Source of the DNA: a virus
Taxonomy: Duplodnaviria > Caudoviricetes
Direction: 5' to 3' (one strand)
Virus record (IMG/VR): IMGVR_UViG_3300027769_000048
Coordinates: 1 to 43,233 of that record
DNA length: 43,233 nt
The position numbers and the translations under genes were made by a program. The notes beneath the pieces were generated by a model. It saw only the letters and a list, made by a program, of their open reading frames with translations. It searched no databases and was not told where the DNA came from. Shown here one piece after another: positions 1-10,252 of this stretch (position 1 is the stretch's first letter; each line of letters opens with the position of its first letter).

Positions 1-159
1 GCTGGGATCTCAATGAACAACCAGCTGGGTGGTTTAAGAAGACCCTCGAGCTCAACAGGTCCTGGCACGGGAGGTAACTGATGGCTGAGCGTCTTCCATT
101 TGGTGAGATCCGTCCTGGTGCGCGGCCGATCGGTGCGTTCATCCAGCCCGGTCAGCAGA
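1..159. repeat. Terminal overlap (circular assembly), copy 1
   Basis: Identical to 43075-43233 except one silent change (T33 vs C43107, Gly codon). It spans the gp14/gp15 gene junction, so it reflects circularity rather than a physical DTR. Confidence 0.95.
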
Positions 160-3100
160 ACGTTGCTGGTGCGGCCAGGCCACAGATGCTGGACAACCCG
201 TCTGGCATCAGCACGATTCAGCGTGCCAGCGGCGGCAATGTTCAAGGCTTCAACCAGGCTGCCCAGCTTGCTGAAGCGCTGGCGCCATTCAGCCGTGGGT
301 TGATGGATCTGGCAGAGAAGGGAATGCTCTCCTATGCCAAGGGGAAGATTGAGGAGGGGTATTACGCCGAGCTGAAAAACCAGTCCGCCAGGGCGCAGAT
401 GGGGATTCAGCTGCAGCAGGAGCAGGGTGCAGCCAATGCAGCCGGCACGATCGGTCAGCTGCAGAAGGTGGATCCACCGGCGGCTGAGATGCTGCGGGAG
501 GCCAACCCATGGAAGGCGATTGGTCGTCGTCGTGCGCTGGCGCAGCTGGCTGGTGGTGACATCGACAATGAGCTGTCAGCTGATCTGCAGCTCAACCAGG
601 GGCAGCTGTCAACGGTGCAGCCTGGCAGTGCCGCACTGGTCAAGCGCAAGGCTGACCTGACGCAGGGTGTATTGAGACGTTACGGGCTGACGGGTGATGA
701 GCCTGAGGCTGCGTACTACGTGGTGCCGAAGCTCAACCAAGCGTGGGACAAGTACACCGAGAAGCATCAGAAGCTGTACACCGAAACCCTGAGGGTCAAC
801 GGCAGGGAGCAGACCACGGCAGCGATGGGCAATGTGCTGCAGCAGCTGGCGCAGAACGGGATCACGTTGCCCACTGGTGAAGTGGTGCCGATGGGTGATC
901 CGCGGTTTGCGCAGTTGGCTGGCCAGGTGCTGACGGGTGAGCTGGATCGTTCGCTGTCGTTTGTTGGTGGGCAGGATCGTGCGGATGATCTCAAGGAGAT
1001 CCGCACGCAGCTGCTTGGCACCTACGGCCAGGTGCCGGTGCTGGGTGATGCGCTGGGATTCATCCAGGGCGGGAACCCTGGTGACGCAGTGCGTCCAACG
1101 TGGGGTGCCAGCTACGGGCTGGAGATCCTCGAGACCCGCAACCGCGGCAATGCAGCCAGGCAACAGCAGTACGAGCTGGGGCAGAAGTCTGTTGAGCAGC
1201 AGCTGGATGGGTTGTGGTGGGCCGAGGGTTCACCGGGTTCGATGCTGCCCACGGATCCGAACTACGCCAGTGCGCTGATCAACTTCAGGAACAAGGCAGC
1301 AGCTGCTGGTTACCGGGACATCGACAGCTACATGAAGGGCCGGATGGATTCGCAAGAATCCGTGGTGGGTCGTGCCTATGCACCGGACCCGCTGGCGTCT
1401 GAGGACTTCATGGCCAGCATCCGGGACTTGCCGCGGTCAGCGCTGAACACGCCTGAAGCGGTGCAGGCATTGCGTGAGCAGGCCAGGAAGGCAGCGAGGA
1501 GCGAGCCAACCGAGGCATTGCAGCGTGCCAGGTACAAGGAGTACATGGATGCAATCGAGGCGAAGCAGAAGCAGGCCGCCGACACCACGCCAGGGTTGCA
1601 GCAGGCCATCGACAAGGCGTTGCTGCAGGACCTGGGCCTGCCGCAGGTGAAGCCGATCGTGGATGCAGCCAAGGCGAAGCAGGGCGGTGGTGATGCCTTC
1701 ACTGCTGCGCTGCAGGGTGGCGCTGGTGCGATGGCTGCTGCCAGTGGTCTTGGCAATGACAAGATCTCTGCCTTCACTCAGCGGTTGAACAACCTCTTCC
1801 TGCGTAACGCTGAGGCGAAGATCGACGCATGGATGGCTGAGCGTCCTGGCGTGCCGTTGAGCAGCAGCGCCCGGAACGTGCTGATCAGTGAGTCGATCGC
1901 TGAGACCAGGAAGAGTGAGGAGTACAAGCAGGCGTTCCAGACCCTGACGGGCAAGGCACCGGGGGAGATGGGTGCGAAGAAGGTGGGCACCGGTCCTGCG
2001 CAGGGCGGTGCACCTGGCCCGGATGTCAGAGGTGTGGCACGCACTGCATCAGGTGCGCTGCCGGACACCACGGTGAAGGGCTTTGCTGTTCGCCCTGTGA
2101 TGAATGGCGACTGGTTGTACTCAGAGCTGTCTCGCGTCAGCAATGGCAAGCCGGTGAGCGCTGAGCTGTACCGCTTGGCCAACAGGGCTGGCACCACCAC
2201 CAACCGGTATCTGCTCGAGCAGCTGCGGTTCTATCCCCAGCTGGACCCCAACGGTGAGGCACGGAAGTACATCGAGCAGAAGGTGCGTCAGCAGCGGCAG
2301 GGCCAGACGGTGAGCGGTGCCAACTGGCAGAGCATGAGCAGGGGAACCGGGATGGGGATGGTGCCGACTGGGTACAACCCGCTGGCACCTGGCAGCTGGC
2401 TGATGAACATGCTGATGCCGCCTGCTGCAGCGGCCACCATGCCGACTGGGTTCCCTGCGTCATTCGGTGGTGGTGGTGGTGGCAACTATGTGGCGACCAC
2501 TGGGTTCGGCTATTCAGCAGACCGCAGGACGCAGACGCTGCATGGCATCAAGGGGAAGCCGGGGTATGACGCCAACCATGGTGTGGGCAATGACCACGTT
2601 CATCACGGTGCTGACGATCCTCAGACGGCTCTGGCGCTGGCCAAGTACCTGAAGAGCAAAGGCTGGCCGATCACGGAGTTCAAGCCGTGGGGCCGGGTTG
2701 GCAAGCATCAGGATCCTGGCCATTACGACGGCCGGACGTTTGACATCCCGGTGGCCACCAAGGATCACGGCAGGGTGTTGGCTGACATCAACGCCTTCTA
2801 TTCAGGACGCAGCGGCGGTGGTGGCCGCGGCTCGGTGGATGGCTACCTGAAGCGGTTGGCGTACCTGGAGACGCGGATCAGGAACATCCCGAACGCTGAG
2901 GGCTCACCAGGTCGCGGGTACTTCCAGGCCTTCCCTGCGTTCAGCTCTGAGGCCATCGCTGCATCAGGTGGCATTGATCCTCGAGACGCCAACTACAACC
3001 GTTCAGCCAAGGCCACATGGGCATGGATCCAGAAGCATCGGCCTGCAGCTGCTGAGGCAATTCGCCGCGGTGACTACGGCACAGCCGATCGGATCCTGAC

Positions 3101-3185
3101 GCCGACCTGGCCATCACTACCGGGTGGCAGCCAAGCCCAACCGGATCACGTTCAACGCGAAGCACGCCGCTACCTCGGAGGTTGA
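81..3185 (+). CDS. Internal virion (ejection) protein, gp15-like, with C-terminal putative peptidoglycan hydrolase domains
   Basis: 1034 aa, Ala/Gln-rich and helical, directly after the gp14-like gene (TGATG overlap across the circle). The C-terminus has DHVHH and GHYDGRTFD motifs, then a lysozyme-like LAYLET...GRGYFQ...WPSLPG segment. Confidence 0.75.
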   Translation: MAERLPFGEIRPGARPIGAFIQPGQQNVAGAARPQMLDNPSGISTIQRASGGNVQGFNQAAQLAEALAPFSRGLMDLAEKGMLSYAKGKIEEGYYAELKNQSARAQMGIQLQQEQGAANAAGTIGQLQKVDPPAAEMLREANPWKAIGRRRALAQLAGGDIDNELSADLQLNQGQLSTVQPGSAALVKRKADLTQGVLRRYGLTGDEPEAAYYVVPKLNQAWDKYTEKHQKLYTETLRVNGREQTTAAMGNVLQQLAQNGITLPTGEVVPMGDPRFAQLAGQVLTGELDRSLSFVGGQDRADDLKEIRTQLLGTYGQVPVLGDALGFIQGGNPGDAVRPTWGASYGLEILETRNRGNAARQQQYELGQKSVEQQLDGLWWAEGSPGSMLPTDPNYASALINFRNKAAAAGYRDIDSYMKGRMDSQESVVGRAYAPDPLASEDFMASIRDLPRSALNTPEAVQALREQARKAARSEPTEALQRARYKEYMDAIEAKQKQAADTTPGLQQAIDKALLQDLGLPQVKPIVDAAKAKQGGGDAFTAALQGGAGAMAAASGLGNDKISAFTQRLNNLFLRNAEAKIDAWMAERPGVPLSSSARNVLISESIAETRKSEEYKQAFQTLTGKAPGEMGAKKVGTGPAQGGAPGPDVRGVARTASGALPDTTVKGFAVRPVMNGDWLYSELSRVSNGKPVSAELYRLANRAGTTTNRYLLEQLRFYPQLDPNGEARKYIEQKVRQQRQGQTVSGANWQSMSRGTGMGMVPTGYNPLAPGSWLMNMLMPPAAAATMPTGFPASFGGGGGGNYVATTGFGYSADRRTQTLHGIKGKPGYDANHGVGNDHVHHGADDPQTALALAKYLKSKGWPITEFKPWGRVGKHQDPGHYDGRTFDIPVATKDHGRVLADINAFYSGRSGGGGRGSVDGYLKRLAYLETRIRNIPNAEGSPGRGYFQAFPAFSSEAIAASGGIDPRDANYNRSAKATWAWIQKHRPAAAEAIRRGDYGTADRILTPTWPSLPGGSQAQPDHVQREARRYLGG

Positions 3186-3188
3186 CCC

Positions 3189-5963
3189 ATGCCTGCTTTC
3201 AACCTTGCACCGAAACCCGAGGACCTTGACCCGCAGTGGGATAACAAGGCACCGCAATCGATGGGTGATGGCACTCAGCGGATGAGCGTTGGTCAGGCCA
3301 GGGCCACCTACGCCAAGCGATCGGAGGCAGCGGTTGGTCCGCTGAAGCCGTTGGCGCAGTTCGCCAATGCAGTGGCCAGCCCTGACACCAAGATCGGAAT
3401 CTTCACCGGGCCGATCAACGGGATTTCGAAGCTGGGCAATGCACTGGGTGACCTGGTGCAGGGCAAGCCGATTGACGTGAAGGATGCCTGGACGATCAGC
3501 GACAAGCAGGCACGGCAGATCAACCCATGGCGGCTTGGCATTGGCCAGGAGGTGACGCCTTCTGATGAGGCGGGTCTTGCGATCGGTGAAGGGGTCGGCG
3601 CTGAGCTGGCTGGTGCTGCAACTGGCGCAACGTTGCTGCAGCAGGCAACGAAGATCCGCAGGGTGCAGCAGGCAGCGCAGGCATTCCAGCAGCAGGCGGC
3701 AGTGCGTCGTGCTGCGGTGGCGATCACTGCCAGCCCGAAGCTGAAGGCTGGCACCAATGTGATCACCAATGTCGGGCAGGCGGTGGGCAGCACTGCACTG
3801 GCTGCAGCGTTCCTAGACCAGTCGGACGGGAACCTGGCGAATTTGGGTGATGCGGTTGGGTTGAAGCTGCCTGGCCGTGTGGAGCCGAACGAGAACTACC
3901 TGCAGTCACTGGCCAAGTCAGTGGCGGTGGAGGGTATCGCTGCACCGCTGGCGTTGCTGGGGATGGGTGCACTGATCAAGCCCATCCGCAAGGGGATGAC
4001 CCAGGGCGGGCCTGGGTGGATTGATGAGCTGGCGAAGGCAGAGCTCGAGCCGTACCTGCCGCGGCAGATGGCGGGCCCTGCTCTGCCACCTGCTGGTCAG
4101 ACCGGATTGCCCCAGCTGCCTGGTTACCAGCAGCAGGGTGGTGCGTTGGTGCCGTACGACTCGGCCATCACCCGGTCACTGCAAGAGCAGACGCAGATCC
4201 GGCAGGTGACGCAGCAGCGGCAGCGGCTGCAGGACATGGGCCTGGTGCAGCAGGGGGAAGGTGGCCAGCTGGATCTGGCGCTGGGTGGTGCGGTTGATCC
4301 TGAGATCAGGCTGCAGGTGCGGCAGCTGCAGACGCAGCGCGGCCAGCTGATCAAGCAGGGGATGGAGTCTGGCCAGGACATGAGCCAGGACCTGGCGAAG
4401 ATCGACCAGGAGATTGGCGATCTGATCCAGAGCGGCAACAGCGCTGACTTCATGCCAGCTGAGCGTCCTGTTCAGCCGGAGCTTGATCTGCCTGACGGTC
4501 GGCCAGAGCTGGACAGCTACCTGGCCCACCTGGACGAGATGGGTGACGCCGATCTGCGGTTGATCCACAGCCGTGCCTATGCCGAGATCAATGCTGAACG
4601 CAATGCACAGGAGCTCACTGCTGTGCAGCAGCGGGTGGATGGTCTGCAGGGCAAGCTGCAGGAGATCGAAGCGCGAGCAGCGGCTGGTGAGGTGACACCG
4701 ACCGGTGCCAAGCGGATGGCCAGCAAGGTGCAGAAGGAGCTGGCTACGGCACAGCAGCAGCTCGAGGTGATTCAAGGCCGCGGCAGGGTGACTGAATCGC
4801 TGGTCGGTGATCAGCTGCAGCTGCGCATTGAGCAGCAGGGGGTGCTTGAGCTGGCACCTGAGGTGAAGTTGCCACCGTTTGAGACGGTGACACGTACTGC
4901 CAGTGAGTACGGGTACAAGACACCGGATGACTACCGCGGTGCACTGGAGGGTTGGAACCGCGACCAGCTGCGCAGGTTGGCGATGCCTGATTCCAGTCCT
5001 GAGGTGGCAGCACTGGTGAAGGCACGGACTGGCCGGCGGGTATGGCAGGCCAAGAAGTCCGACATCATTGATGCGCTGGTTGAGTTGGCTGAGAAGCGTG
5101 GGCGGTTCCTGCCGCCTGAGGCTGAGCAGCTGGCGATGCAGTTGAAGGCGAACCAGTTCGGTGATGCTGCACCGTTGTTTGATCGCCCGGCTGACCTGTC
5201 TGCACCTGGCATGACCAAGGTGCTGGACGCTGATGGTGTTGAGCAGCTGGTGCCGGCAACGGACTACAGCGGCCGCGGCATGGATGCTCAAACCCGTGAG
5301 CGGTTGAAGGCTGAGATCCTGCAGCGTGCAATCGACAACGGTGAGGTGCAGCCACCAATCACCCCGTTGCCGCAGCGGCCGGTCACAGCGTTTGAGCAGA
5401 GCTCACTGGTGGATGACCTGTTTGCTGACCCCACCGGTCAGCTGCCGCTGGCGTTCTCCACCGATGCACTGCCCACGTACAAGGCGGGCGGGAAGAACGC
5501 TGATGCGTTGATTGAGGAGATGCGTCTGCGGTTTGAGTACAACCTGCTGGATGAGCAGGCGCAGCGTGCGCAGCAGCAGGCGCTGATGGCAGCGCATGGT
5601 TGGGACACGTTGCCGTGGGAGGAGAAGAAGAAGCTGGGGATCCTGGGTGAAGGGTTCTACAGCTTGCAGCCGTACAGCGAACGGTTCCAGGCACCAACAC
5701 CACAGTTCAACCCCGAGCTGGATGCGGTGCCACCACGCAAGCCGAAGCAGTACGGCATGGAAGGTGGTGAGCTGGTGGAGAAGACACCAGCAGCGAAGCC
5801 CACACCAGCAGAGGCCGCGGCTGCCAAGAAGCAGCAGGCTGCTACCGCGAGGATGACCAAGGCTGATGCCAAGCAAGGCATGACCGTGGTTGACAAGCAA
5901 GTCCAGGCGATTGAGAAACGGCTGGAAGAACTGACCCGCCAATCCCAAGGAGCGAAGTGCTGA
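3189..5963 (+). CDS. Large internal virion protein (coiled-coil), function uncertain
   Basis: 924 aa inside the internal virion block. It has a hydrophobic Gly/Ala N-terminal third, Q/E-rich coiled coils and strong coding bias. Confidence 0.65.
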   Translation: MPAFNLAPKPEDLDPQWDNKAPQSMGDGTQRMSVGQARATYAKRSEAAVGPLKPLAQFANAVASPDTKIGIFTGPINGISKLGNALGDLVQGKPIDVKDAWTISDKQARQINPWRLGIGQEVTPSDEAGLAIGEGVGAELAGAATGATLLQQATKIRRVQQAAQAFQQQAAVRRAAVAITASPKLKAGTNVITNVGQAVGSTALAAAFLDQSDGNLANLGDAVGLKLPGRVEPNENYLQSLAKSVAVEGIAAPLALLGMGALIKPIRKGMTQGGPGWIDELAKAELEPYLPRQMAGPALPPAGQTGLPQLPGYQQQGGALVPYDSAITRSLQEQTQIRQVTQQRQRLQDMGLVQQGEGGQLDLALGGAVDPEIRLQVRQLQTQRGQLIKQGMESGQDMSQDLAKIDQEIGDLIQSGNSADFMPAERPVQPELDLPDGRPELDSYLAHLDEMGDADLRLIHSRAYAEINAERNAQELTAVQQRVDGLQGKLQEIEARAAAGEVTPTGAKRMASKVQKELATAQQQLEVIQGRGRVTESLVGDQLQLRIEQQGVLELAPEVKLPPFETVTRTASEYGYKTPDDYRGALEGWNRDQLRRLAMPDSSPEVAALVKARTGRRVWQAKKSDIIDALVELAEKRGRFLPPEAEQLAMQLKANQFGDAAPLFDRPADLSAPGMTKVLDADGVEQLVPATDYSGRGMDAQTRERLKAEILQRAIDNGEVQPPITPLPQRPVTAFEQSSLVDDLFADPTGQLPLAFSTDALPTYKAGGKNADALIEEMRLRFEYNLLDEQAQRAQQQALMAAHGWDTLPWEEKKKLGILGEGFYSLQPYSERFQAPTPQFNPELDAVPPRKPKQYGMEGGELVEKTPAAKPTPAEAAAAKKQQAATARMTKADAKQGMTVVDKQVQAIEKRLEELTRQSQGAKC

Positions 5964-8900
5964 TGGCTAGCTGCAATGACCTGGGCCAGGAGATCAAGGA
6001 ACTGCAGGACCAGCTGGAAGCACTGAAGTCCACGCGTCGTGGGCTGGAGGCGCAGGCAGCACTGGCTGATGGCCAGCCTCAAGCCAAGCCAAAGGTGCTC
6101 AAGACCTACACCGGTGATGAGGTGACTCTCGATCCCGGCAAGTGGGTGACGGAGGCAGAGATGGATGCCATGCAGATGGGCGATGAAACCGTCCGTCAGA
6201 TGGTGGCAGCTGGGTTCCAGGGCAACCGGACACCGAACGGTCGCACTGGCCGGATGATCAACTACAGCCAGATCGATCCCAGCCAGGAGAACATCGCTGC
6301 CCTGCTGGAGGTGATGGGTCTGAAGCGTGCCGGCACTGACAAGGGTGTGGAGCTGCGCCGGCCATTCACCAACCAGGCCGCGGCGAAGGCGTTGATGGGC
6401 ATGGCGCAGCAGGCAGGCGCCGATCCTCGAGCAGTGGCTGAGGCGCTGCAGAAGCGGGTGAAGGGAATCGACAACCTGCCCAGTGCTGTCTATGCCGCTG
6501 CCAAGGCGAGGTGGGATGCAGCCAGCCAGTACACCGATGTGCTCGAGGAGCTGGCCGATGCGATGGATGGTGGCTACCTGACTGATGGCTTGAAGCATCA
6601 GGCTGGCAACGCTGCCAAGTGGGCGCACTTCTACGAGCAGCTGGATGCGCAGGTGCGGCGACGTGTTGGCCAAGCGCTGAAGTCCATGCAGTTCAAGCAG
6701 GACGCAGAGATCAGCTTGATCGACGTGAGCAAGGACGTTCAGGACCTGACGCTGGATCAGATCACCGGCAACAGCCTGGTCGGTGACATGTTGAAGGTGG
6801 TGGCCGAGGGCAACGCCAAGGCACTGCGTCAGATGGCAGCGGCCAAGCGTGCTGATCAGGCGCTGGGTCTGAATCAGCCTGGGTTTTACCGGGACCTGAA
6901 CCTGCTCAACAGTTTGCGCAGGGCCAACCTGCTGTCGTCCTTCTCCACCTGGGCGATCAGGAACCCACTGTCCGGTGCGCTGGTGCAGGGCATCTACATG
7001 GCTGAGGACATGGCGTCTGGCGGGATGCGTCTTGCTGCGAAGAACGGGATCAAGGCTGGTGTGGCCGATGAGCTGAAGGCTGCTGGCTATGCAGGCCGTG
7101 CCTTCGTGGATGCGTTCAGCATGAGCTGGGGCAACTTCAAGGAAGCGCTGTCCACCGGCAAGACAACGGTGGCGCGTGACTCGCTGAAGTACGTGGAGTC
7201 AGCTGATGAGCTGCGCAGTTCCAAGGCCATCGTCAACGCTGCCTTCGACTCCGCGTGGGAGGACATCACCAGCTGGAAGGGTCTTGCCAATCCAGTGAGC
7301 GTGTTGAACTTCATCAACGGTGGCTTCTGGAAAGTCTTCGGCGGTGGCGTTGAGCGGCTGACTGGATCGGACGCTGGGTACATGGCACCGTTCCGCATCC
7401 TGAACGCAACGGACGACTTCATGCAGACGCAGGCGTTTGCGTGGAAGAGCAGCCATGAAGCATTCGTGCGTGCTGCTGAGGAGGGCAGAGCAGCGGGACA
7501 GGGGGTGGGATGGATTGAGCGTCGTGCTGACGAGCTGGCCGGTCAGGCCATGTTCAGCGGCAACTTCAGCGATGACGACCTGGTGCAGTACCGCAAGGCA
7601 CGGAACGCGGAGTACGGCATCCCGGTTGGTGATGAGATCGGTGACGACGAGCTGCGGGCCATGCTCTACAACCAGATGAAGGGTGTGCCCAACACCGAGT
7701 CAGAGCTGGGCCGGCTGTCGCTCGAGCGTGCCAAGAACAGCACCTTCACTGGTGATGTGACTGGGATGGCTGCACCGTTTGTGAACGGTGTGCAGCAGAT
7801 GCGATCCAACCCGTTCATGGGATGGGCGCTGCCGTTCTGGAAGGTGCCGATCAATGGCATCGGCTGGGTGCTGAACCGTGATGTGATCGTTGCTCTGCCG
7901 AAGCAGATCCTGATGGAGGGTCAGCAGCTGGTGAGCAAGGGTGCGAAGTTCACGGTGGAGGAGATGTCCGATGCCAGGGCCCGCACTGCAGTGGCAGTGG
8001 CCATTGCTGGCATGACCCACGTGATGTGGGAGAACGGGTTCTTCACGGATGGTGGATCGTTCGATGTCCGCCAGCGGGAACGTGAGCGGAGGAACTGGAA
8101 GCCGTACAGCTTCAGCTTGGCCGGCACGCTGGCTGAGGCGACCAAGTTCCAGGGCAGCTCGATTGATGTGATCGACCTGATGGGCCTGCACGCTGACATC
8201 CTTCGTGCGTATCACGATGGTGTGATGACGTGGAAGGAAGGCGAGGTGAACATGGTTCCGATCCTGATGGCCTACGCCAACCTCATCAAGAACAAGGCAG
8301 CGCTGAAGAACATCACCAGCATCATGAACTGGGCGCAGGACCCGCAGCGCTACGACTTTGGCCGGGTGCTGGGTGATCAGATGGGCGGCCTGCTGCCACT
8401 CAGTGGATTCGGTGGCACGGTGTCCCGGTCCTTCTCCGATGCGGAGGAGATGCTGGCCAAGCGGCGGATGCTGTCAGCCAACGAGGTGGCAGCGCTGAAG
8501 AAGGACCCGAACTACAAGCTGATTCAGCCGGTGATCAATGCTCTGCAGACGGCGGGCGATGCGTTCGTGAAGGGCAACGCTGGCATCCTCGGCGGGCTGC
8601 TGCCACGGGAGAAGGACTGGCTGGGCAACAGCATCCAGCGACCACTTGGTCTGCCGGTGGATCTGACCGTCCCGTTCATGCCGGTGATCAAGCCGCAGGA
8701 TCAGCTGTACCAGTGGCTGGAGAAGCATGGCTTCGGAGACAAGCCACGTCCTGATGGCACCTTCGAGATGGGTGGCGCCAAGGTCCAGATGAGCAATGAC
8801 GAGGAAGACTTCTACCGGGAGACGATGCGGACGGTGAGGGGTGAGATCCCACCGGAGGGGATCGGTCAGTCAGCTGGTCGGCTCATGCCGATCTGGCAGT

Positions 8901-9235
8901 ACGTGCAGGGCCAGGACATGGCAGGTGCACTGCGCAGCCTGATGCGTGATCCGAAGTACAACCAGCTGCTCAACGACCCGGCAGGTGGTGTCAGCCCGAG
9001 CTTGGCGGTGCAGCAGGGTAAGAGCCTGGCTGAGCGGAAGCAGTCAGGAGGTGGGAAGCTCTACGCCCCTGTTGACGACATCATCAACTACTACGACCGG
9101 CTGGCGTTGATGAAGCTGCTGAGCAACCAGCAGTTTGATTTCCGTCAGCGGTACCAGGCCGTTCTCAGGCAGAAGCAGGTTGGGTTGCAGCAGTACGCAG
9201 AGAGCATCAACGGCATGGGGGTGGGCCGCCAATAG
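5963..9235 (+). CDS. Internal virion protein, gp16-like
   Basis: About 1090 aa. The ATG at 5963 overlaps the upstream TGA. It is the last large gene before the gp17-like gene and has gp16-like segments (LPFWKVPINGIGW; WKPYSF; RDWLG-like EKDWLGN). Confidence 0.7.
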   Translation: MASCNDLGQEIKELQDQLEALKSTRRGLEAQAALADGQPQAKPKVLKTYTGDEVTLDPGKWVTEAEMDAMQMGDETVRQMVAAGFQGNRTPNGRTGRMINYSQIDPSQENIAALLEVMGLKRAGTDKGVELRRPFTNQAAAKALMGMAQQAGADPRAVAEALQKRVKGIDNLPSAVYAAAKARWDAASQYTDVLEELADAMDGGYLTDGLKHQAGNAAKWAHFYEQLDAQVRRRVGQALKSMQFKQDAEISLIDVSKDVQDLTLDQITGNSLVGDMLKVVAEGNAKALRQMAAAKRADQALGLNQPGFYRDLNLLNSLRRANLLSSFSTWAIRNPLSGALVQGIYMAEDMASGGMRLAAKNGIKAGVADELKAAGYAGRAFVDAFSMSWGNFKEALSTGKTTVARDSLKYVESADELRSSKAIVNAAFDSAWEDITSWKGLANPVSVLNFINGGFWKVFGGGVERLTGSDAGYMAPFRILNATDDFMQTQAFAWKSSHEAFVRAAEEGRAAGQGVGWIERRADELAGQAMFSGNFSDDDLVQYRKARNAEYGIPVGDEIGDDELRAMLYNQMKGVPNTESELGRLSLERAKNSTFTGDVTGMAAPFVNGVQQMRSNPFMGWALPFWKVPINGIGWVLNRDVIVALPKQILMEGQQLVSKGAKFTVEEMSDARARTAVAVAIAGMTHVMWENGFFTDGGSFDVRQRERERRNWKPYSFSLAGTLAEATKFQGSSIDVIDLMGLHADILRAYHDGVMTWKEGEVNMVPILMAYANLIKNKAALKNITSIMNWAQDPQRYDFGRVLGDQMGGLLPLSGFGGTVSRSFSDAEEMLAKRRMLSANEVAALKKDPNYKLIQPVINALQTAGDAFVKGNAGILGGLLPREKDWLGNSIQRPLGLPVDLTVPFMPVIKPQDQLYQWLEKHGFGDKPRPDGTFEMGGAKVQMSNDEEDFYRETMRTVRGEIPPEGIGQSAGRLMPIWQYVQGQDMAGALRSLMRDPKYNQLLNDPAGGVSPSLAVQQGKSLAERKQSGGGKLYAPVDDIINYYDRLALMKLLSNQQFDFRQRYQAVLRQKQVGLQQYAESINGMGVGRQ

Positions 9236-9244
9236 GGAGGCCGG

Positions 9245-9268
9245 TAGCCTAAGGACTGCACAGGTGCA
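9245..9268 (+). promoter_or_regulatory. -10-like TAGCCT followed by palindromic operator TGCACAGGTGCA
   Basis: CCGGTAGCCT also occurs before 33257. The 12-bp palindrome is at 9257-9268. Confidence 0.55.
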
Positions 9269-9280
9269 AGCCTTTCGGCA

Positions 9281-10252
9281 ATGGCAATCCCCACCCCCTA
9301 CAGCTACCGCCAGTACCAGGGGGATGGGGCTGCCAAGGATTTCAGCGTCCCGTTCCCGTATCTGGATCGCGCTCACGTCCACCTGTTCCTTGACAGCAGG
9401 GAGCTGGTGGATGGGACGGACTACAGCTGGACCAGTGGGACGCAGCTGAAGCTGAACGTGGCACCGCAGGCAGCAGTGGCAGGGACACCGCCAGTTCCTG
9501 CCCAGGTGCTGACGGTGCGGCGGATCACGCCAGAGGACGATCAGATCGTCCAGTGGAAGGACGGCAGCTACATCATTGCGGATGATCTGAACGAGTCAGA
9601 CAAGCAGTGGCTGTACCTGATCCAGGAACACCACGATGCGGTGCTGCTGCTGCTGTATGGGAAGGGGTCGATCCCTGGTGGTGGGAACCCTGCTGCCAGC
9701 CTGTCCTTCTGGAACAACCTGCCCAGGAGCAAGGACCCCAATAAGGGGACAGCAACTGAGATTGCTCAGACCATCACCAAGCTGGACCAGCTGCTGGGTG
9801 ATTGGCCCAAGGATGGCAAGGACAAGTACATCGCCACCACTGATGCGATCAGTGCTCGACTGGATCCCTATGTGCAGGACGGTGTTCCCACTGCCCTGGG
9901 TCTGCCGCAGAAGGAACAGCAAGGCAAGCAGTGGTTTGACACCGATGAGCTGGTCCAGCGGTTCTGGGATGCAGATGCTGGCGCCTGGGTGACGCTGGCC
10001 AACACTGGCCCGCAGGGTCCGCCTGGTCCGAACGTGTTCTTTGGCGTTGCCTTCCCACCTGAACCAACAACCTACGGGCTGTGGTACGACACCAATCGGA
10101 GGGAGATGCGTCTGAGATACGACGACGGAACAGGTGTGCAGTGGGTGCTGGCTGGTGGGGTCGCCCCGCCAACCGGTCAACTTGTTGCTGGTAATGGCGT
10201 TGCTGCCAACTCTGTCCATGAAATCCAAACCATTGATCAAGGAGTGATCTGA
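9281..10252 (+). CDS. Tail fibre adaptor with T7 gp17-type N-terminal domain
   Basis: YQGDG..KDFSVPFPYLDRAHVHL...VRRITP...ADDLN is the T7 tail-fibre anchor signature. It also has a short collagen stretch (GPQGPPGP) and a cyanophage-type LWYD...QWV motif. Confidence 0.85.
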   Translation: MAIPTPYSYRQYQGDGAAKDFSVPFPYLDRAHVHLFLDSRELVDGTDYSWTSGTQLKLNVAPQAAVAGTPPVPAQVLTVRRITPEDDQIVQWKDGSYIIADDLNESDKQWLYLIQEHHDAVLLLLYGKGSIPGGGNPAASLSFWNNLPRSKDPNKGTATEIAQTITKLDQLLGDWPKDGKDKYIATTDAISARLDPYVQDGVPTALGLPQKEQQGKQWFDTDELVQRFWDADAGAWVTLANTGPQGPPGPNVFFGVAFPPEPTTYGLWYDTNRREMRLRYDDGTGVQWVLAGGVAPPTGQLVAGNGVAANSVHEIQTIDQGVI

